Positions 27,651 through 38,370 of a stretch of DNA of 64,000 bases are shown here, piece after piece (within the stretch, counting starts at the first letter, position 1; every line of letters starts with the position of its first letter). This DNA is from Candidatus Dormibacteria bacterium (GTDB lineage: Bacteria > Chloroflexota > Dormibacteria > Aeolococcales > Aeolococcaceae): assembly GCA_049521435.1 (NCBI GenBank), contig JBEKOU010000003.1, positions 174,642 to 238,641 of the forward strand. Direction: 5' to 3'. The notes beneath the pieces are model-generated. The model saw only the letters and a list, made by a program, of their open reading frames with translations, did no database searches and had not been told where the DNA came from. A program made the position numbers and the translations under genes.

Positions 27651-28463
27651 CTACTCGGTCGCGTGGTGGACGTACATGGACTGTATGCCGAGCCGCCCGG
27701 GCCCGGTCATCCGCACCATGTGCAGCCCGGCCCCGCCGAAGAGTCCCGTGGAAAGCTTCTGGGTCTCGACCGTCATCTGCACCGAGGAGTCCTTGTAGAG
27801 ATAGGCCCCCGGCTCGAGGAGGATCGACTGCCCGGCCGCGAGCTGCCTCTCGAAGACGTTGCCGTAGCCGTGGAGGATGAGGAGCCCCGGCTGCCCGGCG
27901 GCGATGAAGCGGTCCATGAACATGCCCTGCCCTCCGAAGAGGGCGGTGCGCATTCCCTGGATCCGGGTGTACGAGTACTGGACGGTGTGGGAGGCGAGCA
28001 GGAAGGCGTGCTCCCGGGCGTCCAGCTCCATGGACGGATGGAGCGGCAGGACCACCAGCTCACCCGTGGCGTCGCGGGAGAAGGCGATCCGGCCGGGCCC
28101 GCGGGCGGTGGTCACGATGTGGGGCATCCCCGCGAACGACCGCTTCATCATCCCCTGGAGGGGCATGACGCCGACCGGCACGGTCTGGTCCTTCCAGAGC
28201 ATCACGTGGTGCTCGAAGAAGACGCCGTCCTCGGGCGAGAGGGTGATCTCGGCGACCGGGACCAGCTCCCCCTCCACCTGGCAGGACGAGGACCCGAAGT
28301 GGAACTCGGTCATGTCGCGCAGCCGGGGGGCCTCCCGCCACCCCGAGTCGGACACCAGGTTGCGGACGTCGAGAGGCGCCCCGCAGGTCACACAGCTCTG
28401 GGCGCCGGCCGGGCTCTGACCATGGCACCACTGGCACTCGATGCGCTGGCCGACGGCTTCCAT
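27651..28463 (-). CDS. AIM24/DUF124-family protein with N-terminal zinc ribbon (paralog of 26384..27643)
   Basis: Ribbon 'CQWCHGQ...CVTCGAPLDV'. The core is colinear with its neighbour, for example 'MMKRSFAGMPHIVTTARGPGRIAFSRDATGELVVLPLH'. Confidence 0.8.
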   Translation of the reverse strand: MEAVGQRIECQWCHGQSPAGAQSCVTCGAPLDVRNLVSDSGWREAPRLRDMTEFHFGSSSCQVEGELVPVAEITLSPEDGVFFEHHVMLWKDQTVPVGVMPLQGMMKRSFAGMPHIVTTARGPGRIAFSRDATGELVVLPLHPSMELDAREHAFLLASHTVQYSYTRIQGMRTALFGGQGMFMDRFIAAGQPGLLILHGYGNVFERQLAAGQSILLEPGAYLYKDSSVQMTVETQKLSTGLFGGAGLHMVRMTGPGRLGIQSMYVHHATE

Positions 28464-28561
28464 TGGCGATTCTCCCTGTGGCGGACGGCAAGATCGTAAC
28501 CACCCGACCGCCGCTCATGTGAGACGGACCCGGCGGCCGGGGAGGGGCGAAGAGGAGGACG

Positions 28562-29734
28562 TCAGACGGCGGGCGGTTGCGGTGGAGCGGGCGGGGCGTC
28601 AGGGACGACCGGCGGCGCGACGGGAGCCGGCGCGGCGCCCACCGGCTGACCGCAGCCGGCGCAGAAACGGGCTCCCGGGGCCAGCTCGGCACCACACCCG
28701 GTGCAGTGAGCCGCACCCAGCGGACCGCCGCAGCTGGGGCAGAAGCGGCCCCCGGCGGGGCTTGTCGCCTGGCATTTGGGGCACTGGACCGTCGCCGCTG
28801 CGGGTGCCGGAGCGGCAGGCGCGTAGCCTCCGCCGGCGCCACCGGGGAAGCCTGTCCCCGCCGGCGGAGCCGGGGCGGCCTGGACCGGCTGCGCCATCTG
28901 CCCGCCGAGGCCAAAGCCGGCGGCCATGAACGCGGGCGAGACCGCCCCGCCTCCCTGAGCCATCCCCTGGCCGGCGCCCAGCGCCATTTCACCGGCCGCA
29001 TATCCCTGGAAGGAACCCGCCAGCCGCGAGTAGGCCGTGTCCTTGCTGAACTGCTCCAGCCGCTTCTGGGACTCGTCGTCGAGGCTGATCGTGAAGTTCC
29101 CCATCCGGGCGACGGTCAGGCCGTAGGTGGCAAGCTGCTGGTTGGCCAGCTCGATGATCGCGTTCTCGATGTCCTCGGTGTAGGCGGCGAGCCCCAGGAT
29201 CGGCCAGCCGTTGCGCACGATCTGCTTGGTGACGTCGGTGCGCAGCACCTTGAGCAGCTGCTCGGCCACCCAGTTGGTCACTGCGGAGTTGTCGGTGACG
29301 TCCACGGTGCCCACCAGGTTGACCAGGAGGTTGGCGGGCTCCACGACCTTGAGGCTGTAGTCGCCGAAGACCCGCAGCGACACGATCAGGGTGCTGACCG
29401 GATCCTGAACCGAGTCGATCTTGCCCCCGAAGCGATTCTGGGTGAACTCGCGGTTGCCGACGAAGTACAGCTCGGCGCGGTACAGGTTGCCCCCGGTGAG
29501 GGCGTCGGCGAAGATGCCGAGAAAGGGAAGCTCGGTGGCGTCGATGGAGTGCCTGCCGGGGGGCAGGGTGCCCTTGACCTGGCCCTGGTACATGAACACC
29601 GCGAGCTCGTCCGGCGCGACGATCGCGTGGGTGAAACGCCGGATCTCGTGGTCAGGCCACTTGAAGACGATCTGGCCCTTGCGGTCGTCGGGGACCGCGA
29701 TGTTTTCTCGTGCTCCGGGGAAGAAGCCAGGCAT
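28562..29734 (-). CDS. SPFH/Band-7-family protein with Gly/Ala/Pro-rich linker and two C-terminal zinc ribbons
   Basis: The N-terminal 260 aa match the SPFH pattern (for example 'LAVFMYQGQVKGTLPPGRHSID', 'ELYFVGNREFTQNRFGG'). The C-terminus carries 'CPKCQ...CPSCG' and 'CTGCG...CAGCG'. Confidence 0.75.
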   Translation of the reverse strand: MPGFFPGARENIAVPDDRKGQIVFKWPDHEIRRFTHAIVAPDELAVFMYQGQVKGTLPPGRHSIDATELPFLGIFADALTGGNLYRAELYFVGNREFTQNRFGGKIDSVQDPVSTLIVSLRVFGDYSLKVVEPANLLVNLVGTVDVTDNSAVTNWVAEQLLKVLRTDVTKQIVRNGWPILGLAAYTEDIENAIIELANQQLATYGLTVARMGNFTISLDDESQKRLEQFSKDTAYSRLAGSFQGYAAGEMALGAGQGMAQGGGAVSPAFMAAGFGLGGQMAQPVQAAPAPPAGTGFPGGAGGGYAPAAPAPAAATVQCPKCQATSPAGGRFCPSCGGPLGAAHCTGCGAELAPGARFCAGCGQPVGAAPAPVAPPVVPDAPPAPPQPPAV

Positions 29735-29769
29735 GGGTGTCTCTCTCCTCTCGCTGGACCGTCAGTAAA

Positions 29770-30081
29770 TTATGGGTTCTGGGTCGGCAGACCAAGGGCC
29801 CGGCGCACCGACCCGATCTGAAGCAGTGCCCAGAGGCCGCCGGCGGCCACTGCGAGGCCGAATCCACCCATGGCGATCAGGGCGCAGATCACCAGCACGG
29901 CGAGCGCGCCGTGCGCACCCGCGGTCGCGACCAGGACCATCAGGAAGACCCATAGACAGACCAGGGCCAGCACCGCGGCGGCGCCGACGACGGCAAGGCC
30001 CAGCCCCACCACGGCCCCGAGGGTCCGATCCGGGCCGGAGCGCGGGGAGAGGTTGGGGTTGGGATTGAACCAGGGCCGCAC
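29770..30081 (-). CDS. small membrane protein (2–3 predicted TM helices), first gene of the module
   Basis: A 103-aa ORF 36 bp upstream of the SPFH gene on the same strand. Hydrophobic segments: 'LGAVVGLGLAVVGAAAVLALVCLWVFLMVLVA' and 'LAVLVICALIAMGGFGLAVAAGGLWALL'. Confidence 0.45.
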   Translation of the reverse strand: MRPWFNPNPNLSPRSGPDRTLGAVVGLGLAVVGAAAVLALVCLWVFLMVLVATAGAHGALAVLVICALIAMGGFGLAVAAGGLWALLQIGSVRRALGLPTQNP

Positions 30082-30192
30082 GGCTGCAGCTTATCCGGCC
30101 GGGCGGCGAGGCGTCAAAGGGCCGCACGCCGACCTGCCGCAGGCTCCGGCGTCGATGTCGGAGTGGCCCGCGGGTCGCGAGGCGCGAGTACG

Positions 30193-32334
30193 ATGTCGGC
30201 ACCGTGCCGCCGGCGCTCGGCGGCTGCGCCGGTCGTGGCAGAGCCCCCCGACGCATCACCGGCAGCACCTCATCTTTCCCCGGAGCCGCGCCCGTTGGCC
30301 ACGTCCAGGAACACCGTCCCCCCCCGCCGCCCGCGAGCCGCAACCACGGTGCCGGTGCCCGCCGCGACGCCTACCGCGCGCGTCGCCATCGAGCAGCCGC
30401 GGCCCGTCGTGGAGTGCGGGAAGCTGCCAGCGAAGGCCACCGTCGGGATCCCCCTCACCGTCAGCGCCTCCATCTTCGCGGATGGTCACGATCTGGTCGT
30501 GGGCTGGGTCCGCCACGGCCGGCCCGACCCCGGCGGGGGCACCACCGACCGCTGGCAGGAAGTCCCGATGCGGGCGCTCGGCGATGACCGCTTCAGTGCC
30601 GTCCTCACCCCCACGCGGGTGGGATCGTGGTCTTTCGAGATCGCCGCCATGCCCGATCTCTACGGCAGCTGGCTTGCCGATCTCCGTATTCGCCTCGATG
30701 CCGGCCAGGACATCGCCCTCGAGCTGGAGGAGGGTGCGGCGATGGCCGAGCGGGCGGCAGCCCTCCCCGGCACCGCGGACGGCGACCGCCAGGAGCTGAC
30801 GGCCCTGGCCACCCGACTCCGCGACCCGAGCGCGGCGCAGGCGCATCGCCTCGGTGAGGCGGCGCGACCCGTGACGGTCAGGCGGATGCGACAGACCGCG
30901 GACCGCGGGACCGCCACCCGCTCCGGACCATGGCGGCTCACGGTGGAGCGCGAGCTGGCGGGGTTCTCCGCCTGGTACGAGATGTTCCCGAGGTCGGAGG
31001 GGGCGGAACCGCCCCGGAGTGGCACCTTCGGGAGCGCGGCCGCCCGGCTGCCCGCCATCGCCGCCATGGGTTTCGACGTGGTCTACCTCCCCCCCATCCA
31101 CCCGATCGGCCGGAGCTTCCGGAAGGGACCGAACAACGCCACCGCGACGGCTCCCGGGGATGTCGGCTCCCCCTGGGCGATAGGGGCGGCCGAGGGAGGC
31201 CACACGGCTGTCCACCCCGATCTCGGGACGCTCGACGACTTCGCCCTGTTCGTGGCGGAGGCCGAGCACCGCGGTCTGGAGGTCGCCCTCGATTACGCAC
31301 TCCAGTGCAGCCCCGACCATCCCTGGGTCAGCGAACATCCACAGTGGTTTCGCCACCGCGCCGATGGCAGCGTCCGCTACGCGGAGAACCCGCCGAAGCG
31401 CTATCAGGACATCTACCCGCTCGACTTCGGAACGGCGGACCGCGCCGGGCTGTGGACGGCGCTCCGCGACGTGATGCTCTTCTGGATCCAGCGTGGCGTG
31501 CGGATCTTCCGGGTCGACAATCCACACACCAAGCCGTTCGCGTTCTGGGAGTGGTTGATCGGCGAGATCCACCTCCACCACCCGGAGATCGTCTTCCTGG
31601 CCGAGGCGTTCACCCGGCCGGCCGTGATGCAGCGGCTGGCCAAGGTCGGCTTCAGCCAGTCCTACACGTACTTCACCTGGCGCACCTCCAAGGCGGAGCT
31701 GAGCGAGTACCTCACCGAGCTGTCCCAGACCGAGAGGGTCGACTGGTTCCGGCCCAACTTCTGGGTCAACACCCCCGACATCCTCCACGCGTACCTTCAG
31801 CTGGGCGGACCGGCAGCCTTCCGGGTGCGCGCGACCTTGGCGGCGACCACGGCCCCCTCCTGGGGGATGTACAGCGGCTACGAGCTCTGCGAACGGGTGG
31901 CTGCCGCGCCGGGCAGTGAGGAGTACGCCGACTCCGAGAAGTACCAGCTCCGGCCCCGCGATTGGGACCGCCCGGACAGCCTGGCGCCGTACATCACCCG
32001 GCTCAATGACATCCGGCATCGCCACCGTGGGGCGATCGCGCTGCTGCCAACACTGCGCATCCAAGAGATCAGGAACGACAGCATGCTCTGCGTCAGCCGG
32101 GTGGACCAGAACCGCGACGACGTGCTCCTGGTGGTGGTCAACCTCGACCCCCACCATCCCCAGGAGGGCACCATCTGGCTCGACCTGGAGGGGCTCGGGA
32201 TCCCGGCCGACATCCCCTTCGAGGCCTACGACGAGCTGACCGGCACCACCTACGTCTGGCAGGGGCCGGAGAGCTACGTCCGCCTCGACCCGGCCCAGCA
32301 GTCGGCTCACGTGCTCCATCTCCGGCGCCGATGA
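30193..32334 (+). CDS. glgE: alpha-1,4-glucan:maltose-1-phosphate maltosyltransferase
   Basis: '[14 protein letters not shown]...[14 protein letters not shown]...[15 protein letters not shown]...WFRHRADGS'. In-frame ATG at 30193. The ORF track start at 30163 is a GTG. Confidence 0.85.
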   Translation: MSAPCRRRSAAAPVVAEPPDASPAAPHLSPEPRPLATSRNTVPPRRPRAATTVPVPAATPTARVAIEQPRPVVECGKLPAKATVGIPLTVSASIFADGHDLVVGWVRHGRPDPGGGTTDRWQEVPMRALGDDRFSAVLTPTRVGSWSFEIAAMPDLYGSWLADLRIRLDAGQDIALELEEGAAMAERAAALPGTADGDRQELTALATRLRDPSAAQAHRLGEAARPVTVRRMRQTADRGTATRSGPWRLTVERELAGFSAWYEMFPRSEGAEPPRSGTFGSAAARLPAIAAMGFDVVYLPPIHPIGRSFRKGPNNATATAPGDVGSPWAIGAAEGGHTAVHPDLGTLDDFALFVAEAEHRGLEVALDYALQCSPDHPWVSEHPQWFRHRADGSVRYAENPPKRYQDIYPLDFGTADRAGLWTALRDVMLFWIQRGVRIFRVDNPHTKPFAFWEWLIGEIHLHHPEIVFLAEAFTRPAVMQRLAKVGFSQSYTYFTWRTSKAELSEYLTELSQTERVDWFRPNFWVNTPDILHAYLQLGGPAAFRVRATLAATTAPSWGMYSGYELCERVAAAPGSEEYADSEKYQLRPRDWDRPDSLAPYITRLNDIRHRHRGAIALLPTLRIQEIRNDSMLCVSRVDQNRDDVLLVVVNLDPHHPQEGTIWLDLEGLGIPADIPFEAYDELTGTTYVWQGPESYVRLDPAQQSAHVLHLRRR

Positions 32335-34100
32335 GCAAGGCGGTTTCGGCACCCACCTCCGGCATGGCGGCCCCCGCGCCCGAGCCCCAGCCCGACGCCG
32401 TGACCCCCGTGGCTCCGGCCCCGCGTGCAGATCCCTCGGCGCCGCCGGTCGCAGGCGACCGGGACCCGCTCTGGTTCAAGCGCGCGGTCTTCTACGAGGT
32501 GCTGGTCCGCGGGTACGCGGACAGCAACGACGACGGCGTCGGCGACTTCCCGGGGCTGATCGAGCGTCTCGAGTACCTGCGATGGCTGGGCATCGACTGC
32601 CTCTGGCTGCTGCCGTTCAATGACTCCCCACTCCGCGACGGCGGCTATGACATCAGGGACTACTACTCGGTCCTGCCCGCCTACGGCACCGTGGACGACG
32701 TCCGGGGGCTGGTGTCCCGCGCTCACGACCTCGGGATGCGGGTGGTCATGGACCTCGTCCTCAATCACACCTCGGACCAGCATCCCTGGTTCCAGTCCGC
32801 CCGCTCGTCGCCGGCCTCACCGCATCGCGACTACTACGTCTGGTCGGACACCAAGAACCGGTACACCGACGCCCGGATCATCTTCGTCGACGCCGAGACG
32901 TCGAACTGGACCTGGGACGACAGCGCCCAGGCGTACTACTGGCATCGCTTCTTCAGCCATCAGCCCGACCTCAACTACGACAACCCCAAGGTCCACGAGG
33001 AGATGGTGGACATCTGCCGCTTCTGGCTTGACCTGGGGATCGACGGATTCCGCCTCGACGCGGTCCCCTACCTCTACGCTCGCGACGGCACCAACTGCGA
33101 GAACCTGCCGGAAACCCACGCCTTCATCGCCGAGCTGCGCGCGATCGTCGACCGCGAGTACGGCGACCGCGTTCTCCTGGCGGAGGCCAATCAGTGGCCG
33201 GAGGACGTGGTCGACTACTTCGGCACCGCGGAGCGCCCCGAATGCCACGTGTGCTTCCACTTCCCGCTCATGCCCCGGATCTTCATGGGGCTGCGCCGGG
33301 AGCAGCGCTACCCGATCACCGAGATCCTGGAGCGCACCCCGGCGCTGCCGACCGCCAGCGCGCAGTGGGGGATCTTCCTGCGCAACCACGATGAATTGAC
33401 ACTGGAGATGGTCACCGACGAGGAGCGCGACTACATGTGGCAGGAGTACGCGCAGGATCCCCGGATGAAGCTCAACCTGGGGATCCGGAGGCGCCTCGCA
33501 CCACTGGTCAACAACGGGCGGCGGCAGATGGAGCTCTTCTACGGGATGCTCCTCTCCCTGCCGGGCAGCCCGATCCTCTACTACGGCGACGAGATCGGGA
33601 TGGGCGACAACATCTACCTCGGCGACCGGGACGGGGTCCGGACTCCGATGCAGTGGAGCGCCGACCGCAACGGTGGATTCAGCCGCGCCGACTTCGCCCA
33701 GCTCTACCTCCCCCCGCTGATGGACCCGGTCTACGGATACCAGTCGGTGAACGTCGAGGCCCAGCGGCGCAGCGAGACCTCGATGCTGCAGTGGCTCCGC
33801 CGCTTCGTCGCGGTCCGGCGGCGCTGGCCGGTATTCGGCCTGGGGAGCTTCGAATCGCTCAACGCGACCAACCCGTCGGTGTTTGCGTATCTCCGCACCC
33901 ACGAGGATCATGCTGTCCTTTGCGTGAACAATCTTTCGCGGTTCGCCCAGCCGGTGGAGCTGGATCTCCGCCGCTATGCCGGGATGACCCCGGTCGAGAT
34001 GCTGGGGAGGGTCCACTTCCCGAAGATCCGGGAGCTGCCCTACCTGCTCACCCTCGCCCCCCACGGGTTCTACTGGTTCAGCATCGAGAGCATTCCGTGA
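32331..34100 (+). CDS. treS: trehalose synthase / maltose alpha-D-glucosyltransferase
   Basis: '[52 protein letters not shown]...[15 protein letters not shown]'. Its ATGA start overlaps the glgE stop. Confidence 0.9.
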   Translation: MSKAVSAPTSGMAAPAPEPQPDAVTPVAPAPRADPSAPPVAGDRDPLWFKRAVFYEVLVRGYADSNDDGVGDFPGLIERLEYLRWLGIDCLWLLPFNDSPLRDGGYDIRDYYSVLPAYGTVDDVRGLVSRAHDLGMRVVMDLVLNHTSDQHPWFQSARSSPASPHRDYYVWSDTKNRYTDARIIFVDAETSNWTWDDSAQAYYWHRFFSHQPDLNYDNPKVHEEMVDICRFWLDLGIDGFRLDAVPYLYARDGTNCENLPETHAFIAELRAIVDREYGDRVLLAEANQWPEDVVDYFGTAERPECHVCFHFPLMPRIFMGLRREQRYPITEILERTPALPTASAQWGIFLRNHDELTLEMVTDEERDYMWQEYAQDPRMKLNLGIRRRLAPLVNNGRRQMELFYGMLLSLPGSPILYYGDEIGMGDNIYLGDRDGVRTPMQWSADRNGGFSRADFAQLYLPPLMDPVYGYQSVNVEAQRRSETSMLQWLRRFVAVRRRWPVFGLGSFESLNATNPSVFAYLRTHEDHAVLCVNNLSRFAQPVELDLRRYAGMTPVEMLGRVHFPKIRELPYLLTLAPHGFYWFSIESIP

Positions 34101-34113
34101 GGCCCGCCGCGCG

Positions 34114-35634
34114 GTGGCTCTGAACACCGATCCCAGCGCCGTGCAGCTGGAGCCGTTCGGCATCGCCGGCGCGACCGGCGACATCCGGTCGTGGCTGCTG
34201 AAGGCACGCTGGTTCGGCGGCAGGCAGCACCGGGTGGAGCGAATCGAGCTGGACGACCTCGCGGTGCTGCGGGTCGCGGACCCGACCGTCCTCTTCACCC
34301 TCTGGCGGGTCGACTATGCGGACGCGCCCCCGGAGACCTACAGCCTCCCCCTGGGGATCAGGGTCGGCTCCCCCCCGATCGGCGAGCTGGGCCCGGACCA
34401 CCTGATCGGGACCACCAGCTCGGCGCGCGGCTCGCTCCTGGTCTACGACGCCCTTGCCGACCCCGAAGCCACGGTCGAGCTGTGGCGCATGCTGGCGGAG
34501 GAGCGGGAGGTCGCGACCCGCGCCGGACGGCTGATCAGCCGGCATCTCGTCGGCATCGACCCCGACGCCGCCGATCGTCCCCGGCTCCTGGACGTCGAGC
34601 AGAGCAACTCCGCGGTCGTCCGGGGCCACCTCGACTTCCTCAAGTGGAGCCGGCGGATCGAGGCCGGTCCCAGCGTGGAGCTGGAGATGGCCCAGGCCCT
34701 GGCGGAGCGGCACTTCGCCCACGTGCCGGCACTGCACGGGCACGTGAGCTACCGGCGCGGGGCCGGCGCACCCGCCCTCCAGGCCCTGCTCCACGCCTAT
34801 CTCCACAACGGCACGCAGGGGTGGACACTCGCCCTCACGTCGCTGCGCGATCTCTACGCCTCCGCCGAGGAGTCCGGCACGGATTCCCCACGGGAGCGTT
34901 GGGAGATGGTCGACGACCAGGGCGGGTCATTCCAGGGCGAGGCCGCCCGGCTGGGCACGGTCACCGCTGAGCTGCACCTGGCCCTCGCCGACCCCGAGCG
35001 CGGTGGCGTCCTCGCGCCGGAGGCGGTCGGCCCCGCACAGCTCGCGGCCTGGGCAGACGCGATGACCGGGCAGCTCGACCGCCTGCTCACCTCGGGAGAC
35101 CGCGCCCTGGCCGCGCTGAGCGAGAGACGGGCGCCGCTGGTCGCCCGATTCGACGCTCTCCGCCGGCTCGGTGAGGGCGGGCTGGCGATCCGGGTCCACG
35201 GCGACTACCACCTGGGCCAGGTGATACGGATCGATCAGGGCTGGAAGATCATCGACTTCGAGGGGGAGCCGGCCGGCGAGGTCGAGGCGAGACGGCGGCG
35301 CTCCTCGCCGCTGCGTGACGTGGCGGGGATGCTCCGCTCCTTCGATTACGCCGCCGCGGCGGCGCTGGCTCAGCGCATGCAGCCCCGCGATCCGCTCTGG
35401 CACCACCTCTCGGCGGCCGGAGAGGCGTGGGCGGCCGCCAATCGCGACGCCTTCTGGGCCGCCTACCTGGAGCGGGTGAACGGCACCGGGCTCCTCCCCG
35501 GGGGAGGCGGCGCCCTGGTGGTCCGGCGGGCCTTCGAGGTCAGCAAGGCGGTCTACGAGGTGGGCTACGAGCTCGGCCACCGACCCGACTGGGTGGGGAT
35601 TCCCCTCCATTTCCTGCTGGCGGCGACGCCGTGA
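34114..35634 (+). CDS. mak: maltokinase (Mak/Pep2)
   Basis: Position directly after treS, and an aminoglycoside-phosphotransferase-like C-terminal half ('[28 protein letters not shown]'). Confidence 0.8.
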   Translation: MALNTDPSAVQLEPFGIAGATGDIRSWLLKARWFGGRQHRVERIELDDLAVLRVADPTVLFTLWRVDYADAPPETYSLPLGIRVGSPPIGELGPDHLIGTTSSARGSLLVYDALADPEATVELWRMLAEEREVATRAGRLISRHLVGIDPDAADRPRLLDVEQSNSAVVRGHLDFLKWSRRIEAGPSVELEMAQALAERHFAHVPALHGHVSYRRGAGAPALQALLHAYLHNGTQGWTLALTSLRDLYASAEESGTDSPRERWEMVDDQGGSFQGEAARLGTVTAELHLALADPERGGVLAPEAVGPAQLAAWADAMTGQLDRLLTSGDRALAALSERRAPLVARFDALRRLGEGGLAIRVHGDYHLGQVIRIDQGWKIIDFEGEPAGEVEARRRRSSPLRDVAGMLRSFDYAAAAALAQRMQPRDPLWHHLSAAGEAWAAANRDAFWAAYLERVNGTGLLPGGGGALVVRRAFEVSKAVYEVGYELGHRPDWVGIPLHFLLAATP

Positions 35635-37853
35635 CGGCGGAGCGGAAGACCTCGCTGGCCGCGGACTGTGCCCGGCTCGCGGCCGGCACCCACAGCGATC
35701 CCCACCGGGTCCTCGGCCCCCACCCCACCGGCGACCAGGTGGTGGTGCGCTTCTTCCACCCCGAGGTGGTCGAGGTCTCAGTCGCCCACCCCGGCGGGGT
35801 CGTGCCGATGCGCCGGGTGGACGCACGCGGCCTCTTCGAGGCGACCGTGCCGGTCAAGGAGCTGGCGGGTTACCGGCTGCGATGCCGCACGGCGAACGCC
35901 GGCTGGGAGATGGACGACCCCTACCGCTTCTGGCCCTCGCTCGGGGACCTCGACCTCCACCTGATCGGGGAGGGGACCCATCGCGAGCTCTGGCGACGGC
36001 TCGGGGCGAGGGTGATGGACCACCAGGGGGTGAGCGGGGTCGCTTTCGCGGTCTGGGCCCCCAACGCCCGGGGGGTGAGCCTGGTGAGCGATGCCAACGG
36101 CTGGGATGCCCGCGTGCAACCCATGCGCTCGCTCGGGAGCAGCGGGGTGTGGGAGCTCTTCGTCCCCGACATCGGAGCTGGGACCAAGTACAAATTCCGA
36201 GTCGTCTGCTCCGATGGGCGGCGGATCCTCAAGGCGGACCCGCTCGCCAGGGCGGCGGAGGCGCCGCCGAAGACGGCCAGCATCGTCGAGAGGAGCGCAC
36301 ACGAGTGGGGGGACCAGTCGTGGCTCGCCCAGCGCGCGGCCCAGCCCCTGCTCAATCGCCCGATCTCGATCTACGAGGTCCATCTCGGCTCCTGGCGCCG
36401 AAGCCCGGACGGCCACGTGCTCGGCTACCGGCAGCTGGCCGAGGAGCTGGCCGAGTACTGCGCGGAGAGCGGTTTCACCCATGTCGAGCTGCTGCCGGTG
36501 ACCGAACACCCCTTCGACGGGTCCTGGGGGTACCAGGTCTCCGGCTACTACGCGCCGACCGCGCGCTTCGGCAGCCCTGATGACTTCCGCTACTTCGTCG
36601 ACCACCTCCACCAGCGTGGCGTGGGAGTGATCCTGGACTGGGTGCCGGGGCACTTCCCCAAGGACGAATGGGCGCTGGCGCGCTTCGACGGCACGGCGCT
36701 CTACGAGCATGCTGACCCGCGGCGGGGCGAGCAGCCGGACTGGGGCACGCTGATCTTCAACTTCGGTCGTGTCGAGGTCCGCAACTTCCTCATCGCCAAC
36801 GCCCGCTTCTGGATCGAGGAATTCCATGCGGACGGGCTGCGGGTCGATGCCGTGGCCTCGATGCTCTATCTGGACTACTCGCGGAAACCGGGCGAATGGC
36901 TCGCCAACCAGTACGGAGGCAACGAGAACCTGGACGCCATCTCCTTCCTCCGGGAGGTCAACGAGGCGATCCACGGCGACTATCCGGGGGTGGTCAGCAT
37001 CGCCGAGGAGTCGACGGCGTGGCCCGGGGTGTCCCGCCCGACCTACGGAGGAGGGCTGGGCTTCACCTTCAAGTGGAACATGGGGTGGATGCACGACACC
37101 CTCGAGTACATGAGCAAGGACCCGATCTACCGCCGTTATCACCACAACGAGATGACCTTCGGTTTCCTCTACGCCTGGACCGAGAACTTCGTGCTGCCCC
37201 TCTCCCATGACGAGGTGGTGCACGGCAAGGGGTCGTTGCTCAGCAGGATGTCGGGCGATCGCTGGCAGCAATTTGCCAACCTGCGCGCCCTCTTCGGCTG
37301 GATGTGGGCGTACCCCGGCAAGAAGCTGCTCTTCATGGGGGGAGAATTTGGGCAGGACGCGGAATGGGCTCATGACCGCTCCATCGACTGGCATCTGGTC
37401 CAGTTCGCGGAGCATCGGGGATTGCAGCGTCTGGTCCAGGACCTGGGCGCCCTGTACCGTGAGATCCCGGCGCTGTGGGAGCGCGATCACGAGCCCGACG
37501 GCTTCCAGTGGATCGACGCCGCCAACGTCGATCAGAACGTCTACATCTTCCTGCGGCGCGACGGGGAGGGCAGGCCGGTGCTCGTCTGCCTGGCCAACTT
37601 CTCGCCGACGACCCGCCATGGCTTCCGGGTCGGCGTACCGCTTCCCGGGCGCTGGCGAGAGGTGGTGAACACCGACTCCGAGGCGTACGGCGGCAGCAAC
37701 CAGGGCAATCTCGGCGGCATGGTCGCCGAACGGATCGGGTGGCATGGCCTGCCCTACTCGGCGTCGGTCACGGTCCCCCCCCTCGGCGTGGTGTGGCTCT
37801 CCCCCGAGGACCAGCCGGGGGATCCGGCCGGCTCGTCGGGGCCGATCGCATGA
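35631..37853 (+). CDS. glgB: 1,4-alpha-glucan branching enzyme
   Basis: The GTG at 35631 overlaps the mak stop (GTGA). '[27 protein letters not shown]...[17 protein letters not shown]...[17 protein letters not shown]'. Confidence 0.9.
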   Translation: MTAERKTSLAADCARLAAGTHSDPHRVLGPHPTGDQVVVRFFHPEVVEVSVAHPGGVVPMRRVDARGLFEATVPVKELAGYRLRCRTANAGWEMDDPYRFWPSLGDLDLHLIGEGTHRELWRRLGARVMDHQGVSGVAFAVWAPNARGVSLVSDANGWDARVQPMRSLGSSGVWELFVPDIGAGTKYKFRVVCSDGRRILKADPLARAAEAPPKTASIVERSAHEWGDQSWLAQRAAQPLLNRPISIYEVHLGSWRRSPDGHVLGYRQLAEELAEYCAESGFTHVELLPVTEHPFDGSWGYQVSGYYAPTARFGSPDDFRYFVDHLHQRGVGVILDWVPGHFPKDEWALARFDGTALYEHADPRRGEQPDWGTLIFNFGRVEVRNFLIANARFWIEEFHADGLRVDAVASMLYLDYSRKPGEWLANQYGGNENLDAISFLREVNEAIHGDYPGVVSIAEESTAWPGVSRPTYGGGLGFTFKWNMGWMHDTLEYMSKDPIYRRYHHNEMTFGFLYAWTENFVLPLSHDEVVHGKGSLLSRMSGDRWQQFANLRALFGWMWAYPGKKLLFMGGEFGQDAEWAHDRSIDWHLVQFAEHRGLQRLVQDLGALYREIPALWERDHEPDGFQWIDAANVDQNVYIFLRRDGEGRPVLVCLANFSPTTRHGFRVGVPLPGRWREVVNTDSEAYGGSNQGNLGGMVAERIGWHGLPYSASVTVPPLGVVWLSPEDQPGDPAGSSGPIA

Positions 37854-37981
37854 CGGGGGCGACCCTTGGAGAGGGCGCCCTGACGCCTCCCCCATTGCAG
37901 GGGTTAGGGTTAGCCTGGAAACATGAGGCCGAGGAGAAGCCGGCCTTCCGCGACGTTGGTTCAGCTGCGGGTTGATGCGCC

Positions 37982-38344
37982 ATGGACATGCTGGCGGTTC
38001 GCAAGCGACTTGAAGGGGAGAAATCCCGCCTCGAGGGCGTGCTCGACGCCGCCGGACGGGGTCTGGGCGGTGAAGCGGGCGTCCGGCCGGACCAGCTCCC
38101 GGCCGAGCAGGCCGCCGACACCCTGAACCGGGAGCTGGACACGTCGGTGGAGGTGCGGGTGAGATCCGAGCTGGCCGCGGTCGAGGCGGCGCTGGGCCGG
38201 CTCGACGCGGGTCGGTACGGGCTCTGCGAGGTATGCGGGGGAGAGATCGCCGAGGCCCGGCTGGAGGCGATGCCCGCCGCCCGCTTCTGCGTGGCGGATC
38301 AGGCCCGGGTGGAGAAGGACGCGCGACTGCGCGGCGCCCGCTGA
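37982..38344 (+). CDS. DksA/TraR-family C4 zinc-finger protein
   Basis: 'GRYGLCEVCGGEIAEARLEAMPAARFCVADQ', with a coiled-coil N-terminus. Confidence 0.7.
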   Translation: MDMLAVRKRLEGEKSRLEGVLDAAGRGLGGEAGVRPDQLPAEQAADTLNRELDTSVEVRVRSELAAVEAALGRLDAGRYGLCEVCGGEIAEARLEAMPAARFCVADQARVEKDARLRGAR

Positions 38345-38370
38345 GCGCCGTCGTGGGCGACGGCCGGGCC

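Noticed and set aside
34114-35634. The possibility that treS and mak are a single fused gene, as in some actinobacteria.
   Set aside because: A stop codon at 34100 and a 13-bp gap separate them. The frames differ.
37905-37918. Telomere-like 'GGTTAGGGTTAG' in the glgB–dksA intergenic region.
   Set aside because: There are only two hexamer copies in a bacterial chromosome context. It is almost certainly a coincidence.
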